A stretch of 64,000 bases of DNA from Pelagomonas calceolata (taxonomy: Eukaryota). The DNA is taken from positions 1,922,001 to 1,986,000 of the forward strand of contig CAKKNE010000003.1 of the NCBI GenBank assembly GCA_918797485.1. The letters run 5' to 3'. Positions 41,692 to 52,495 of this stretch are shown here, piece by piece (position 1 is the first letter of the stretch; every line of letters begins with the position of its first letter). Made by a program: the position numbers and the translations under genes. Below the pieces are notes generated by a model. The model did no database searches. It saw only the letters and a program-made list of their open reading frames with translations, and had not been told where the DNA came from.

Positions 41692-42762
41692 ATGGCCACC
41701 AAGTCAAGGCCCACGCTACTCCCTCTCGAACTCGCGGCCTCTTTCTTGGTGCCGCACACGGCATCCCTGGGGCGCACATGCAAGCGATTACTCCTAGCCA
41801 CCACCTCACCCAAACAGTGCAACGCGGCGTGGATTGATTTATTTCGGCGACGCTTCCCTTGCCTGGCGACCCTGGGAAAATTTAAGCATCCGGCGGACGC
41901 GCGGAAACTCGTCGAAGAGCTGCTCGCCGCGACTCCGTCGCGGATGTGGCGCTCCCTGGTAGCGTCTGGCCCCCTGAGTGGCCAGCCGATGCACGTCGCC
42001 GGACAGCACGGTGAATTCTACTCGCACCCGATACTTGCCTTGCCTCCGTGCCCACGCGACGAGGAAGGGAGTCCCCTACCGCTGTCCCGAGACGTCACGA
42101 TTGCGGTGCAGTTGATAGCGCGGGGCGCGACCGCCGTGGCAAGCGCGCCTCAGCTATACGGCGCCGTCTGCCTCGACGAACTGAATATAGGAAATGCAAC
42201 TGAATTCATGCCGTCTGGTGTATTGAATCCACAGGACCGGTCGAATACATGCATGCCGCTCAAAAGGGTCAACGAGGCCGCCTCCTATTTTCCGGACGAG
42301 ATTCAAGTAGACCCGGATAATCAGACGACAACGCCGTCTTACGGTGCAGTAGTAGCAAGTCATAAGGCCGTACGTAAACAGCAGGAGTTGTACGCGGTTG
42401 TGGGCGACGATGTTTATTTGTTACTGAACCGTCGCGATGCTCCCAACCCCATGTTCTCTGTCGACGAGCAACTCGAGGAACTTTATACCAAAGTCAGATA
42501 CTGCCTCCAATTAGGAGTCGAAAACATGCCCTTCGTCTCGAGTTGGTCGTCCGAGGTCAAAAGGGGCGACACTGGCGAGTCCGACTCTGTGTGGCGTTTT
42601 GGCTGTTACAATCTCGACAACGACGGCAAACTAATCTGGGACGACAAAAGCTGGGTCTGGATTCACTTCGATCTTCCGGAGCCGCAAACTGACGCGGACG
42701 TCAGCTTTTGCCGGGCCCTCGCCGCGACCCGGCCCGTTCGCTTCCAGCGCGCCCCGGGCTAG
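41692..42762 (+). CDS. Hypothetical protein, possible N-terminal F-box-like motif
   Basis: Long ORF; LPLELAASFL...LGRTCKR...WIDLFRRRFP. Confidence 0.55.
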   Translation: MATKSRPTLLPLELAASFLVPHTASLGRTCKRLLLATTSPKQCNAAWIDLFRRRFPCLATLGKFKHPADARKLVEELLAATPSRMWRSLVASGPLSGQPMHVAGQHGEFYSHPILALPPCPRDEEGSPLPLSRDVTIAVQLIARGATAVASAPQLYGAVCLDELNIGNATEFMPSGVLNPQDRSNTCMPLKRVNEAASYFPDEIQVDPDNQTTTPSYGAVVASHKAVRKQQELYAVVGDDVYLLLNRRDAPNPMFSVDEQLEELYTKVRYCLQLGVENMPFVSSWSSEVKRGDTGESDSVWRFGCYNLDNDGKLIWDDKSWVWIHFDLPEPQTDADVSFCRALAATRPVRFQRAPG

Positions 42763-42805
42763 TAGTTCTAACATACGTTAAGCACACAAGAGATCAGCAG
42801 AGGGG

Positions 42806-43738
42806 CTAGACGAGGCGCCCGGGCGAGGAGGAGCCCTCCGTAGACGAATAGCGCGGCGTCAGGCTCGGCCGCCCAGGCGTGACGGCTGTACTCGCGGAGG
42901 GCGAGGCCGGAGGACTCAGCTGCCGCTGCAGGTCGGCGAAGCGCCGCAACGTGCGCTGCGTGTTCCAGTGGATCAATCCAAACACGCAGCCCAGCCCCAA
43001 CGCCCCGAAGCACAGGAACGCGGTCTTTTCGGGCGTCATGCGTCTTTCTGTCGCACTGAGCTCGGCGACGTCGCCAATAGAAGCGCCGAGGTTCGCCCAG
43101 AGCGCCGCGTAGACGGCGCTGCCGCCCGTCGTCGCCAAGAGAAATGGTATGAACGGGGCGTCGAAAATTGCCGGCACGTAATTTTGAATCGCTTCGGGCA
43201 CATACGCCAGTCTGAGAGCCAAACACGTCCGGCCCGGCTCCTCGGTCATCGCGATTTCTAAGCCTCGCAAATAGCCGTGCTCCTTGCTCGTGTCGTCCGG
43301 GAGGATCAGGCGTCTTACAGAAGATCGTGCACACCGGCCTATCCAGTAACTCAGGACGCTTCCTGCGACCTTGCCGACCGTCGACCATACCGTAGCCCAG
43401 AAAAACCCGAAGACAAACCCAGCCGCGATCTCCAGGAGAGAGGTAGGTAACAAACACGTGAGCCAGAGCGCTAGTAGTCCAGAGAATAGCAGGCCGCCGG
43501 CCACCGGCGGCAGCCGGCCTATGCGGTAGCAGGCCGCGAGCACTTGTTTTCTAAAAACAACAGCCAAGGCCGAGCCAAGCGCGCACAGACTGATGACAGC
43601 GAGCGCAAGCATCCAGCGCGACCGGCGGCGGCGTTTCGCAGAGCCCGCGCTGTCGTCGTTTTCCAGCGTCGAATAGTCATCGCTGCCTGCTGCTCGCAGG
43701 GGATTGGCCACCGGGCGATCCTTGGGCGAGGCAGCCAT
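42806..43738 (-). CDS. TVP38/TMEM64 (DedA/VTT domain) membrane protein
   Basis: LPTSLLEIAAGFVFG, GSVLSYWIGR, LRLAYVP...NY. Confidence 0.88.
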   Translation of the reverse strand: MAASPKDRPVANPLRAAGSDDYSTLENDDSAGSAKRRRRSRWMLALAVISLCALGSALAVVFRKQVLAACYRIGRLPPVAGGLLFSGLLALWLTCLLPTSLLEIAAGFVFGFFWATVWSTVGKVAGSVLSYWIGRCARSSVRRLILPDDTSKEHGYLRGLEIAMTEEPGRTCLALRLAYVPEAIQNYVPAIFDAPFIPFLLATTGGSAVYAALWANLGASIGDVAELSATERRMTPEKTAFLCFGALGLGCVFGLIHWNTQRTLRRFADLQRQLSPPASPSASTAVTPGRPSLTPRYSSTEGSSSPGRLV

Positions 43739-43918
43739 CGCTTCGGCGCTGTGCTGCCTATGCTGCCAATGCAGTGGATATGGCGCTGTTTCGAGTTTGA
43801 GCTAGCGCAGCCAGCTATTCGCGGTGAGAGCAATGCGTGCGTTCAGGAATGATGGCAGCTCGCGTCGCAGCGTTCGCATGCGGCCAATTTCCACAGCGCC
43901 TTCGCGCATCGAGCAAGG

Positions 43919-43941
43919 CTAGTGCCTTACAGGCCGCTAGC
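43919..43941 (-). promoter_or_regulatory. CTAG bipartite intergenic motif
   Basis: CTAGTGCCTTACAGGCCGCTAGC between divergent genes. Confidence 0.65.
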
Positions 43942-44098
43942 GAGCGTACCCGTCCAAACCTCACGGGCCGCAGCACACCGCTCCTGAAGACTCGCCCCGC
44001 GATGATTCGCGGGCCCGACCCAGGCAGGCCAAACCGTTTGGGAGCGCTGCACACCAGCTGGTAAATCGGCTGCCCCTCGCAGCCGCCGCGCCGCAGCC

Positions 44099-44932
44099 AT
44101 GGAGCAGTCCATGTGGCAGGAGGAGCAGCGCCTGTCGCGCTTCGACGACGGCGCCGTGCGCATGCGCCGCCAGAACGAAGCCGTGCACTCCAATGTCGCC
44201 GCGGCGCGCGCCCAGGACGTCGTACGGAGCCGCGTCGACGCCTACTACGACCCGAGCCACCCCGACGCGGACTGGAGTGGCTTGGTCGAGAACAGGGGCA
44301 AGAAGAAGGCCGACCCGGGCAGGGGCCGGGAGCACATCCAGCGCACCGAGGAGGGCGGCATCGTGGCCGCGGCCCCCTACTTCGCGGAGCGGTCCGTGGG
44401 CAAGAAGCACTATAATGAAGACGGCCGCTTCACGACGGAGCCGCAGCGCACGCGCACGGAGATTCAGGAACAGGACTCGCCCTACGTCACGGCCGCGCAG
44501 CTCGCGCAAAGAGGCGTCGCGACGGACCACGAGTTCCGGGGTGCCCAAACAAGACGACGGGGCAAGAAGCACGTCAACCCGAGCTTCAACCGGGCGCCGC
44601 ACGCGCACCCGCTCGCGGGCGATTACGTCGAACCTGAGGCTCCTCGAGTGCTGACGCAGTCGAACGTGCTCATGGGCGCCACGGCTACTGCCGACAAGCA
44701 GCCCTTTCGCGCCGGGTCCCTGGCGGGGTATCGGTCCAGACAGTTCGCGCCCGGGGCAAAATCGATGATCTCGGCGACGATCAGCGGCCTCGCGAAGGCC
44801 ATGCCGCCTCCCGAGCGCACGACGAAGAGCGACAACGGGTCCTGGACGAGCCACAACAAGGAGATTTTAGATAGGGACAACTATCGCCCCGACGGCGTCC
44901 TGCCGGGCTTCACGGGCACCTTTAGACGCTAG
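44099..44932 (+). CDS. Hypothetical protein, possibly ciliary
   Basis: Coding-like codon bias; YDPSHPDADWSGLV; ends LPGFTG, which resembles PGY(T/A)G motifs of axonemal proteins. Confidence 0.6.
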   Translation: MEQSMWQEEQRLSRFDDGAVRMRRQNEAVHSNVAAARAQDVVRSRVDAYYDPSHPDADWSGLVENRGKKKADPGRGREHIQRTEEGGIVAAAPYFAERSVGKKHYNEDGRFTTEPQRTRTEIQEQDSPYVTAAQLAQRGVATDHEFRGAQTRRRGKKHVNPSFNRAPHAHPLAGDYVEPEAPRVLTQSNVLMGATATADKQPFRAGSLAGYRSRQFAPGAKSMISATISGLAKAMPPPERTTKSDNGSWTSHNKEILDRDNYRPDGVLPGFTGTFRR

Positions 44933-44960
44933 GCCACGCACAAGTAGTAAATTGAAACAA

Positions 44961-46391
44961 CTATAACTCCCCCTCGACCGCGAACTCGTCCTCCTCCGTG
45001 ACTGCGGCCGCCACGACCGTCTCTGCCGCCTCCTTGAGCGCGTCCAAGCCATCCGGCGCCTCCTCACCTCCAGAGAACCGCCTCGCAATAGAACGAACAA
45101 ATAACGCCACCGCCGCGACCCCCAGCACCTGGAGCAACCGACCACCACACAGCCGATTCAACCGAGAATACCCAAGAATAAACGGCTTGAAAATCCCATG
45201 AATCTTCTTCGCGACCCCGACGAATTTTTTGAGCGTCTCGTCGTCGATGTTCTGCAAGGCTTGCACCTGCTGATCCAACTGCTCCTCGGTCAAGTTCGCG
45301 GCCATGGGAGACGACTTCATCATCTCCTTGATCATGGTCGGGTTCTGCTTCATCGCGCCGACCATTTCTTGCACGGCGTCCTCGTCGAGGGCTTCCATCA
45401 TCTTCGACGCGGCCTCCGCGTCCGGCGGTTTCCCCGCGGCCATGTCCTTGGCGAGCTGCTCCATGTCCCCGTTTGCGGCCATCTTCTTCGCGGCATTTTG
45501 GAGTTTAGCCTGTTGGTCGGGCGACATCTGCGAGACCATGCGCATCTGTTCTTCCAGCGCTTCCGGCGACATGCCCGCGAGTTGTTGCTGGGCCATCTTG
45601 ATCATCTCGGGGTTGGCCGCCATGGCCTCCATCTGGTCCGCACTGGCTTTTATCGCTTCGTCGGACAGGTTGGCCATGGCCGGGTTCATTTTACGAATGG
45701 TATCCGGGTCCATGTTCCGCATCGCCGCCGCTTGGGCCTTCAGTTGTTCCGGGTCGGCCTGGCTCATGGCCTCCATGCCCTTGCGCATCGTCGTCGCGTC
45801 GGGCAAGGCTACGGGTTCCTCTGTCGTCTCAAGTTTTGTTAGATTCGTTACTTTGAGGGCTAGCGTCTTGGACTCGGAGTCATCTAACAGTACCTTGACT
45901 CTTTCACCCTGGGGACCGACGACCGTACCCTGCTTGCCGTTGTGCTCGGCCGCGCCCTTCAGCGAATGCAATTCAACTCTATCACCTTTTCTATAGCCGC
46001 CAGCCATCGTAGGCTTGGCCATGCCACTCCTAGCTTGATTGACTTTGCGCGTCGCTTCTTTATGGTCCATGCCGCCCATCATCTGCATCGCGCTCTTCAT
46101 CATTTGTGGATTCGAGGCCTGTGTGGAAATCAAAACTTTACGGCGCGTTCACCGCTCGACGGACCACCCGACACACTGGTTGATTTCCACACAGGTCGCC
46201 ACCATCATCTCCATCTGCGTCGCCATCATGTCTAATTCTTGGTCGGACATATTGGCGAACTGCGGGTTCATCCGTCTTACGGTATTCTTGTCCATGTTCT
46301 TCATCATGCGCGCCTGCGCCTTCAGTTGTTCGGGGTCGGCGTCGGCCATCTGGCTCTGGGCGGCCTTCCACTCCTGTTCCGAGAAGTTCAT
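44961..46391 (-). CDS. Met-rich STI1/DP-repeat protein with C-terminal TM; intron 46119-46202
   Basis: Duplicated ADPEQLKAQA..M.NMD...MNP..AN.SD unit. Splicing gives QMEMM|ASNPQM, matching the second copy QMEAMAANPEM. Confidence 0.8.
46119..46202 (-). mobile_element. Introner-like intron with perfect 15-bp TIRs (element 46119-46194)
   Basis: CTGTGTGGAAATCAA...TTGATTTCCACACAG. The GT donor is exactly 8 nt outside the TIR; the TSD is decayed (4/8). Confidence 0.85.
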
Positions 46392-47085
46392 CGTGCGAGT
46401 GTGACCGCGGCGACTTCCTTATGCGTGTGCGCGCGGCGCTGGCGGCGACTGGTGCTGTTGGCGTGCGACTGGCGTGTTGTGCGTGCGCTGACGACGGCTG
46501 AGTCTCGCGCTGCGGTCCTCAAGTGCTCGCACAATGCAATGTGCAAGGGTCTCCTGAGCGGTGCTAAGTATCGTCGGCGCTGTCGCAGTTCTCGCTGCGT
46601 GCTTGCTGCGAGTCGGCTCTACGTTACCGAATGTGAACCGCAGCGATTTAGGCACGTATCGCGGTCGTCGTCGCGAGAGACAACGCGGCCGAACTCTAGA
46701 GTCCTTGTGACTCTAGTGATCAGCCCCTCCGGAGTCGTCCACCGGCGCCCGAGGCGTCGGGAACGCCGCCCCAGAAGCATGGATCAAGCTCCGAGCGCGG
46801 CGCCGGGTCGGGACATCCCGCTTGGCGCTGCAAAGCAGCACTGCCCAGCACGTAGGAAGCGGGGCAGCACGAGCGGAACGCCCGCGGGAGCGACCGAGGA
46901 GAGGCTCGGACACGCACGGCGCGAACTGACACCGCGGCGTGCGGCTCAGCTCTGAGCAGAGGCAGCCCAAGCCAGAGGCAGCCCCACACACGCCGCGGCA
47001 GCGGCCGATCAGGCGAAGCGACGCCGAGGACGCGGCGCAAGAGGACCGCCCAACCGCACAAAGCTAGAGAGCCAGACCAAGGACC

Positions 47086-49848
47086 ATGGGCACGCGCGCC
47101 GAGGACGCGGCGATGTACGCCAAGTCCCGGAAGGTCACGTCAGGCCTGAACAGTGCCATCCGGAACCTCGAAAAGAGAATCAAGGACATCGACGAGATCT
47201 CCGGCGAGCTGGGCTACGACATGGCCTACGAGAAGTTGTTACAACAGCCCGAGTTCGCCGACGAGGCCCAAGCTAGGATCGACGCCGAAAAGCAGAAGAT
47301 GCAGCGTATTAGGGATGTGCGACGGAGGAAGGCCGAGGCCTACCGGAAGAAGAAGGACGCCGAGGAGGCGGCGAAGAAGCCTGCTCCTAAGGTGAGAAAG
47401 AAGAAGAAACGTAGGATGATTGGTGCGGCTGGTAGTGGAGCTGTGGCTTCGAGAAAACTGAAGGAGCGGAGCGAGGACGCGGCTCAGCTTGTGCTTGGTA
47501 TGGAGAATAGCAATGCGGAGCCCTTGGAGGCGCCGGCACCCATTGAAGTGCCCTCATCTCCCATCAATGTTGACGACCCCCTCACGCAAGCCTTTTTTAG
47601 TGGAGAACCTCCTGTCCCAAAGAGAAGGCCGAAGATGGCCCAACCAAAAAAGACGCACTACGACCGGACGCGAAGACCTAGATCTGCGGCATTCAGGATA
47701 ATTGCCAACGACAACCCGTTCAGTAATGTGGACGAGCTGTTCGCGGCGGAGGCCGAGCGGCAAAAGCAGCAGTCGGACAAGATGAAAAGATTGGCGAGCC
47801 CGTGGGGCATTCTGGATAGCGATCCGCGAGCGGGCCGACCTTCCTCGGCACCGCATCATCGACCGAAGCCTCTACCGTTGGCGACGCTAGGCAAAGGAGC
47901 TTCTGAAGTTGTGGAAACTCTTAGGGCAGTGGTAGAATTCCGGAGGAAGACCAAGAAGTACGGCCCCGTGCTTGTGAGTGTCGGTAGAAAAGACTCGCCT
48001 CGTAGAAGGACCTATGACGACTTGCACGCGCAAGCGCCGGCACCCGCACGAGGCCGACCACGACGGCGGAAGAGCGCTCCGGCCACGCCAGAACGACCGC
48101 AGACCGCCTCGCAAAAAAGGCTGCAGGAACGCTTCGACTCCCTGTCAAGGCCCAAGTCCGCTCCTGCCCAGAGATCGCCCTCACCTTCATCAAAATATGC
48201 GCCCTGGGACAATTCATCGGGATGGGACACCATACTGAGAAGACCAGTATCGCCACCACCGCACCAGGCCCCAAATCCCGAGGGCTGGTGCCCGAACGAC
48301 AAGGCCTTTGTCCACGTCACTCATGAGGTGACCATGCTCGGTGGGAGGAAACCTTTGAGACATCCGGTGTGGATCCGCGTGAAGATCACGGAGGTGCGCG
48401 AGTCGGTGAATGAGGTGGACGAGCGCGTCGTCCCGCGGGGCATGCTCATCCTCACCTGTCGCACACAACGTTCTAGGAAGTTAGAATTACCGAAGGAGTA
48501 CTGGCGGCCCTTCGACATCGACGCTCGACGCGTCGTTCGGAAAGTACCTTCCGAGTTAATTGATACGGGGAAACGGCCGCCGTACCGGGGCAAGCCAATA
48601 CCTCGAGTGCAGCCCGTCGGCCCCGGCGAGCCAATTCCGGAGCCGTCGGAATCAGAACCCGAGCCCGAGCCCGAGCCCGAGCCCGTGAAGAAGCCGGGCA
48701 TGCTCTCGAAGATGGGCCAATCGGCTCGTAGCCTCTCCCCGGTGAACGCCGCCGCCGCGACGCACTCCGCGGGCAAGGCGGCCGCTTCATCAGCAGTGTC
48801 CGCCGCGAAGAGCGTGCACGGCGGCATGAAGAGCATGCACGGCGGCCTGAAGAAAGGATTAGGGAGCATGGGGTCTTCCATGCGGAACCTCGGGGGGAGT
48901 ATGAGTCCCCCCAAGATGCCGTCGTTCAAACGGCCGTCTTCGCCCTTCGGGCGCAAATCACCTACGCCCGTCGAGGAGGCTCCTTCGGAAGAGCCAGAGG
49001 TCAACGAGCGGACCGTGGTGTTTAGTCCGGAGCCGGAGGCGGCGCCGGCGCCGGAGCCGGAACCTGAAGTGGCGCCAGAACCCGCGGCGGAACCCGCCAT
49101 CCCGGAGACGGACGAGACGCACCTCGCGGCCGCCAAGCTCCAGGCCTCCGTGCGCGGCCGCAACGCCCGCAAGAAGACGAAGCGGCGGAAGGGTCCCCGA
49201 GATTCCGCCGCGATCCGCCAGGAGATCGCGGAGCTTGACGAAGAGGGTTTTCGCGAGGACGCGGCGCGCAACGCGCAAGCCGCGAAAATCCAGGCGCGCA
49301 TCCGCGGGCGCAAGGCGCGCCGCGAGGCGGCTCCAAAACGTGCAGCTTTGCAGCGGGCCCGGGCCGACGCGCGGGCGCTCGCCGATAAAGTGGCTGCCTT
49401 GGAGGCGGAAAACGCGCGCCTGCGCCGGGCGGCGTCGCCGGAACCCGCGAAGACGCCGAATACGGAGGACGACTGGGAACAGTGCGTCGACGAGGCGACC
49501 GGCCACACGTACTACTATAGCTCGAGCCGCGACGCTTCGCGGTGGGAAGTTCCGTCGGCGTGGAAGGAGGGCGGCCCCAAGGACGACTGGGAGCAGTGCG
49601 TCACCGACGAGGGCCACACGTACTATTTTTCCGCCTCTAGGAACGCCAGCGTATGGGACGCGCCGCGCGCCGCGAAGACCCCGTCGGACAAGCGCACGCC
49701 GCGCCGCTGGACGCCGTCGACCCAGAAACGGCCGACGCCGGCGCCGCGGTCGCCGGGCACGCAGCTCTTCGCCGTCCCAGAAGCGGTCACGCCGTCGGAC
49801 GACTACGAGTCCGAAGCATTCGACGACTACGAAACGCCGAGTAAATGA
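47086..49848 (+). CDS. Low-complexity protein with two IQ motifs, a coiled coil and two WW domains
   Basis: AAAKLQASVRGRNARK and AAKIQARIRGRKARR; WEQCVDEATGHTYYY...SRWEVP and WEQCVTDEGHTYYF...SVWDAP. Confidence 0.82.
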   Translation: MGTRAEDAAMYAKSRKVTSGLNSAIRNLEKRIKDIDEISGELGYDMAYEKLLQQPEFADEAQARIDAEKQKMQRIRDVRRRKAEAYRKKKDAEEAAKKPAPKVRKKKKRRMIGAAGSGAVASRKLKERSEDAAQLVLGMENSNAEPLEAPAPIEVPSSPINVDDPLTQAFFSGEPPVPKRRPKMAQPKKTHYDRTRRPRSAAFRIIANDNPFSNVDELFAAEAERQKQQSDKMKRLASPWGILDSDPRAGRPSSAPHHRPKPLPLATLGKGASEVVETLRAVVEFRRKTKKYGPVLVSVGRKDSPRRRTYDDLHAQAPAPARGRPRRRKSAPATPERPQTASQKRLQERFDSLSRPKSAPAQRSPSPSSKYAPWDNSSGWDTILRRPVSPPPHQAPNPEGWCPNDKAFVHVTHEVTMLGGRKPLRHPVWIRVKITEVRESVNEVDERVVPRGMLILTCRTQRSRKLELPKEYWRPFDIDARRVVRKVPSELIDTGKRPPYRGKPIPRVQPVGPGEPIPEPSESEPEPEPEPEPVKKPGMLSKMGQSARSLSPVNAAAATHSAGKAAASSAVSAAKSVHGGMKSMHGGLKKGLGSMGSSMRNLGGSMSPPKMPSFKRPSSPFGRKSPTPVEEAPSEEPEVNERTVVFSPEPEAAPAPEPEPEVAPEPAAEPAIPETDETHLAAAKLQASVRGRNARKKTKRRKGPRDSAAIRQEIAELDEEGFREDAARNAQAAKIQARIRGRKARREAAPKRAALQRARADARALADKVAALEAENARLRRAASPEPAKTPNTEDDWEQCVDEATGHTYYYSSSRDASRWEVPSAWKEGGPKDDWEQCVTDEGHTYYFSASRNASVWDAPRAAKTPSDKRTPRRWTPSTQKRPTPAPRSPGTQLFAVPEAVTPSDDYESEAFDDYETPSK

Positions 49849-49881
49849 AGTATAGACAACTCTAGAGGACAAGCACATTCG

Positions 49882-50691
49882 TTAGTAGAAGCCTACGTGA
49901 AACGAGAACTCGAGGAAGCGCGCCACGAGCTCCGGCGGAACGAGATGCGTGAACTTTGGTGCGAATATCGCCAGGAGCTGCGTGAGGTGCGCTTTCTCGT
50001 ACGCCTTGAAGCCGCCCGCTGCATCTATTTTCAGCAAGTAGGGGTCTGTCCGGTGAGTCTCGTCGTAATAACTATTCTCACCATAGGGGTGAATTGGCAG
50101 AATCGAGCCTGCCCGCAGTAATAGCGGCCAGATGCGGCGTCGATTATAGTTGATTGCCATCTGCATGACGGTCTTTCTACCCCATTTTGGCGGGTTCGCG
50201 TCCGCGCCCGCCTTGAGAAGCATTTCGATGATGGCATAGGACCCACTTGCATATCTTTGATCAACAAACACGGCCATGACCAATGCCGACCAGGTGCGCT
50301 CATCATCTGGATTTTCAATCGGGATTAACGCATTAGCGTCGGCGCCGGCAGATAGTAAAATTTTGGCAACTTCCGGATTGCCTCGCAAAGCTGCGTACAT
50401 GAGCGGTGTCAAATTCGCAGAAGAGTCAGAGCCCGGGTTTCCCGGAACCCCCGCCTCCAGCGAAGCCCCGCGCGCGAGCAACAATCTGACACAGGCGACC
50501 CGGTCCTCGAGCGGAACAACTTTGTCAGCTTCCCCGCGACACACCAGCTGTAGAGGCGTAAGGTTTGGGTAGGGTTCCGTATAATCGACGGCGACGCCCC
50601 TCGATAAGAGCTCGCGCAGTGCGTCTACGTCGCAGTCAAGCGCAGCTAGTGAAATCTCTGGAATCTCTACGCCTTCACCGGCCGCCGCCAT
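49882..50691 (-). CDS. Ankyrin-repeat protein
   Basis: TPLQLVC, TPLMYAALRGNPEVAKILLSAGADAN, MLLKAGADAN. Confidence 0.88.
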   Translation of the reverse strand: MAAAGEGVEIPEISLAALDCDVDALRELLSRGVAVDYTEPYPNLTPLQLVCRGEADKVVPLEDRVACVRLLLARGASLEAGVPGNPGSDSSANLTPLMYAALRGNPEVAKILLSAGADANALIPIENPDDERTWSALVMAVFVDQRYASGSYAIIEMLLKAGADANPPKWGRKTVMQMAINYNRRRIWPLLLRAGSILPIHPYGENSYYDETHRTDPYLLKIDAAGGFKAYEKAHLTQLLAIFAPKFTHLVPPELVARFLEFSFHVGFY

Positions 50692-50847
50692 GAATGGTCG
50701 CAAGTCGATTAAACAAGAACAGGGAGATTTCTGGGAAGACTGTCTATTGGGGTCCTGTTTGCGGCCGTTCACACGCGCGACTTGCGAGCCCTGGTCAAAA
50801 CGGGTTTTACGCGATTTTGATGGACATATCTAGACAGACAAAGCACA

Positions 50848-52188
50848 TTAGTCGCGTTGCTTCAAGCTACCAACGGACTCCACAGCCCGCGCAACATCTT
50901 GCAAAGGTAGCGACTTCTCGGAAAACCGCGCGCACTTGGCGAGCCGCGATCCCAAACAACCCTCGATCGCCGCGAGGTAGGCCAAATCGGACTGCGTGAT
51001 CAGCGACACGGCGAGGCCGTGGTGCCCGTTGCGCGCGCACCGCCCGACGCGGTGGATGTAGTCGTCGGGGTCGCGCGGCACGTCGAAATTGATCACGAGG
51101 TCGATGGCCGGCAAATCCAGGCCCCGCGACGCGACGTCCGTGCACACTAAAATTTGCGAGCGCCGCTGCTGGAACGCTTCCAAAGCTTTGGTCCGGTCGT
51201 ACTGCGGCAGCTGCGAGTGCAGCGCGCGCGCGTCTATCGATTGATGCGCCAACACGGCGTGGACCTCATGGACCCGTCGGCACGTCTGCGCGAAGACGAG
51301 AGCGCTCCGAGGCCGCCAGTCGCGGTCGGCGGGCGTGCCCCGTGATTCCTCGTCGCGCTTGTCGGCGAGGTCGAAGCCGAGTAAAACTTGGGCTAGATGC
51401 GCTAATTTCACGCGCTTCGGGCAGAAGACGTATTCTTGTACTAAAGTTTTGGGGATACTTGCTTTCGAGCCTTCGACCTTGATGCATTTTAATGCTCCTG
51501 AAAACGTTTCGAGCGGCTTGGTCGATGTCGCCGAGTAGAGGAGGACCTGCGGCTTCTTCAGGGCTCCAAACACGGCTTTGACGTCGTCCCGCGCGTTCTC
51601 CAAGAGTCTATCAGCTTCATCTAGCACGAGGCAGCGCAAATTACCAATCATCTCCCGCAGACCGCTATCAAGACATTCCACTAATCTCCCGGGCGTGCCC
51701 ACGACGATGTGCGGCCGTTGGTTTGTTAATTCAAGCGACTGGCGCACGACGTCCTCGCCCCCGATGACGCATTGCACGCGCAGCTTTTGCGCCTCGCCAA
51801 TGATCCTCAGGAACTTGGCGATCTGCGCCGCGAGCTCTCGACTTGGCGTCAATATTAATGAAAAAACACCGTAGGGGTCCTCGAAGAGTCTGTGGAGTAT
51901 CGGTAGCGAGAAGGCCGCGGTCTTGCCGGATCCAGTTTCTGCTAAGCCGAGCACGTTGCTTCCTGCCAACGCCGGCGGGATGGCGAGGCGCTGGATGGCG
52001 CTCGGCCGCTTTAGGCCGAGTGCGTCGCAGGCCTGGACGAGCCAGCCCGCTAATCCTAAGTCGCCGAAGGTCAGGACCGGCTTGTCCGGCTGCTTGTGCT
52101 CTGGCGCGGCGGCGGCGGGCGGCGTCACAGCCTTGTCGGGCGGCGCGACTTTTGCTTTCTTCTTGCGTCGCTTGAACAGATCGTTCAT
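50848..52188 (-). CDS. DDX49: DEAD-box RNA helicase, Dbp8/DDX49-like
   Basis: AETGSGKT, EDPYGVF, PSRELA, DEAD, SAT, TDVASRGLD, YIHRVGRCAR. Confidence 0.85.
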   Translation of the reverse strand: MNDLFKRRKKKAKVAPPDKAVTPPAAAAPEHKQPDKPVLTFGDLGLAGWLVQACDALGLKRPSAIQRLAIPPALAGSNVLGLAETGSGKTAAFSLPILHRLFEDPYGVFSLILTPSRELAAQIAKFLRIIGEAQKLRVQCVIGGEDVVRQSLELTNQRPHIVVGTPGRLVECLDSGLREMIGNLRCLVLDEADRLLENARDDVKAVFGALKKPQVLLYSATSTKPLETFSGALKCIKVEGSKASIPKTLVQEYVFCPKRVKLAHLAQVLLGFDLADKRDEESRGTPADRDWRPRSALVFAQTCRRVHEVHAVLAHQSIDARALHSQLPQYDRTKALEAFQQRRSQILVCTDVASRGLDLPAIDLVINFDVPRDPDDYIHRVGRCARNGHHGLAVSLITQSDLAYLAAIEGCLGSRLAKCARFSEKSLPLQDVARAVESVGSLKQRD

Positions 52189-52380
52189 TTTTTACTCGCG
52201 TTGGCCAGAGCAGGTGAGGTGCTGCAGTGTGCAGCAGTCCTGATATCGATTTTAACGGCAGTAGCAGTCGACAGCTGTCCTCAGCGGAATCACAGAGATG
52301 CTCCGCACAGCAATGCAAAGCGGCAAACTTACCTATGCGAGTTGCACGCCCACTAGAACGCCACGCCAAAAAATAATCGA

Positions 52381-52403
52381 GCTAGCGTTCTGTAAGACAC
52401 TAG
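52381..52403 (+). promoter_or_regulatory. CTAG bipartite intergenic motif
   Basis: GCTAGCGTTCTGTAAGACACTAG between divergent DDX49 and the EF-hand gene. Confidence 0.7.
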
Positions 52404-52495
52404 GAATCTAGGCATCGTGTGCGGCGGGCTGCCTCCAGGCTTCCTTCCCCGAGACTAGACCTGCGCCACGCATCGCGGGAGGGGCGAGGGCAGCC

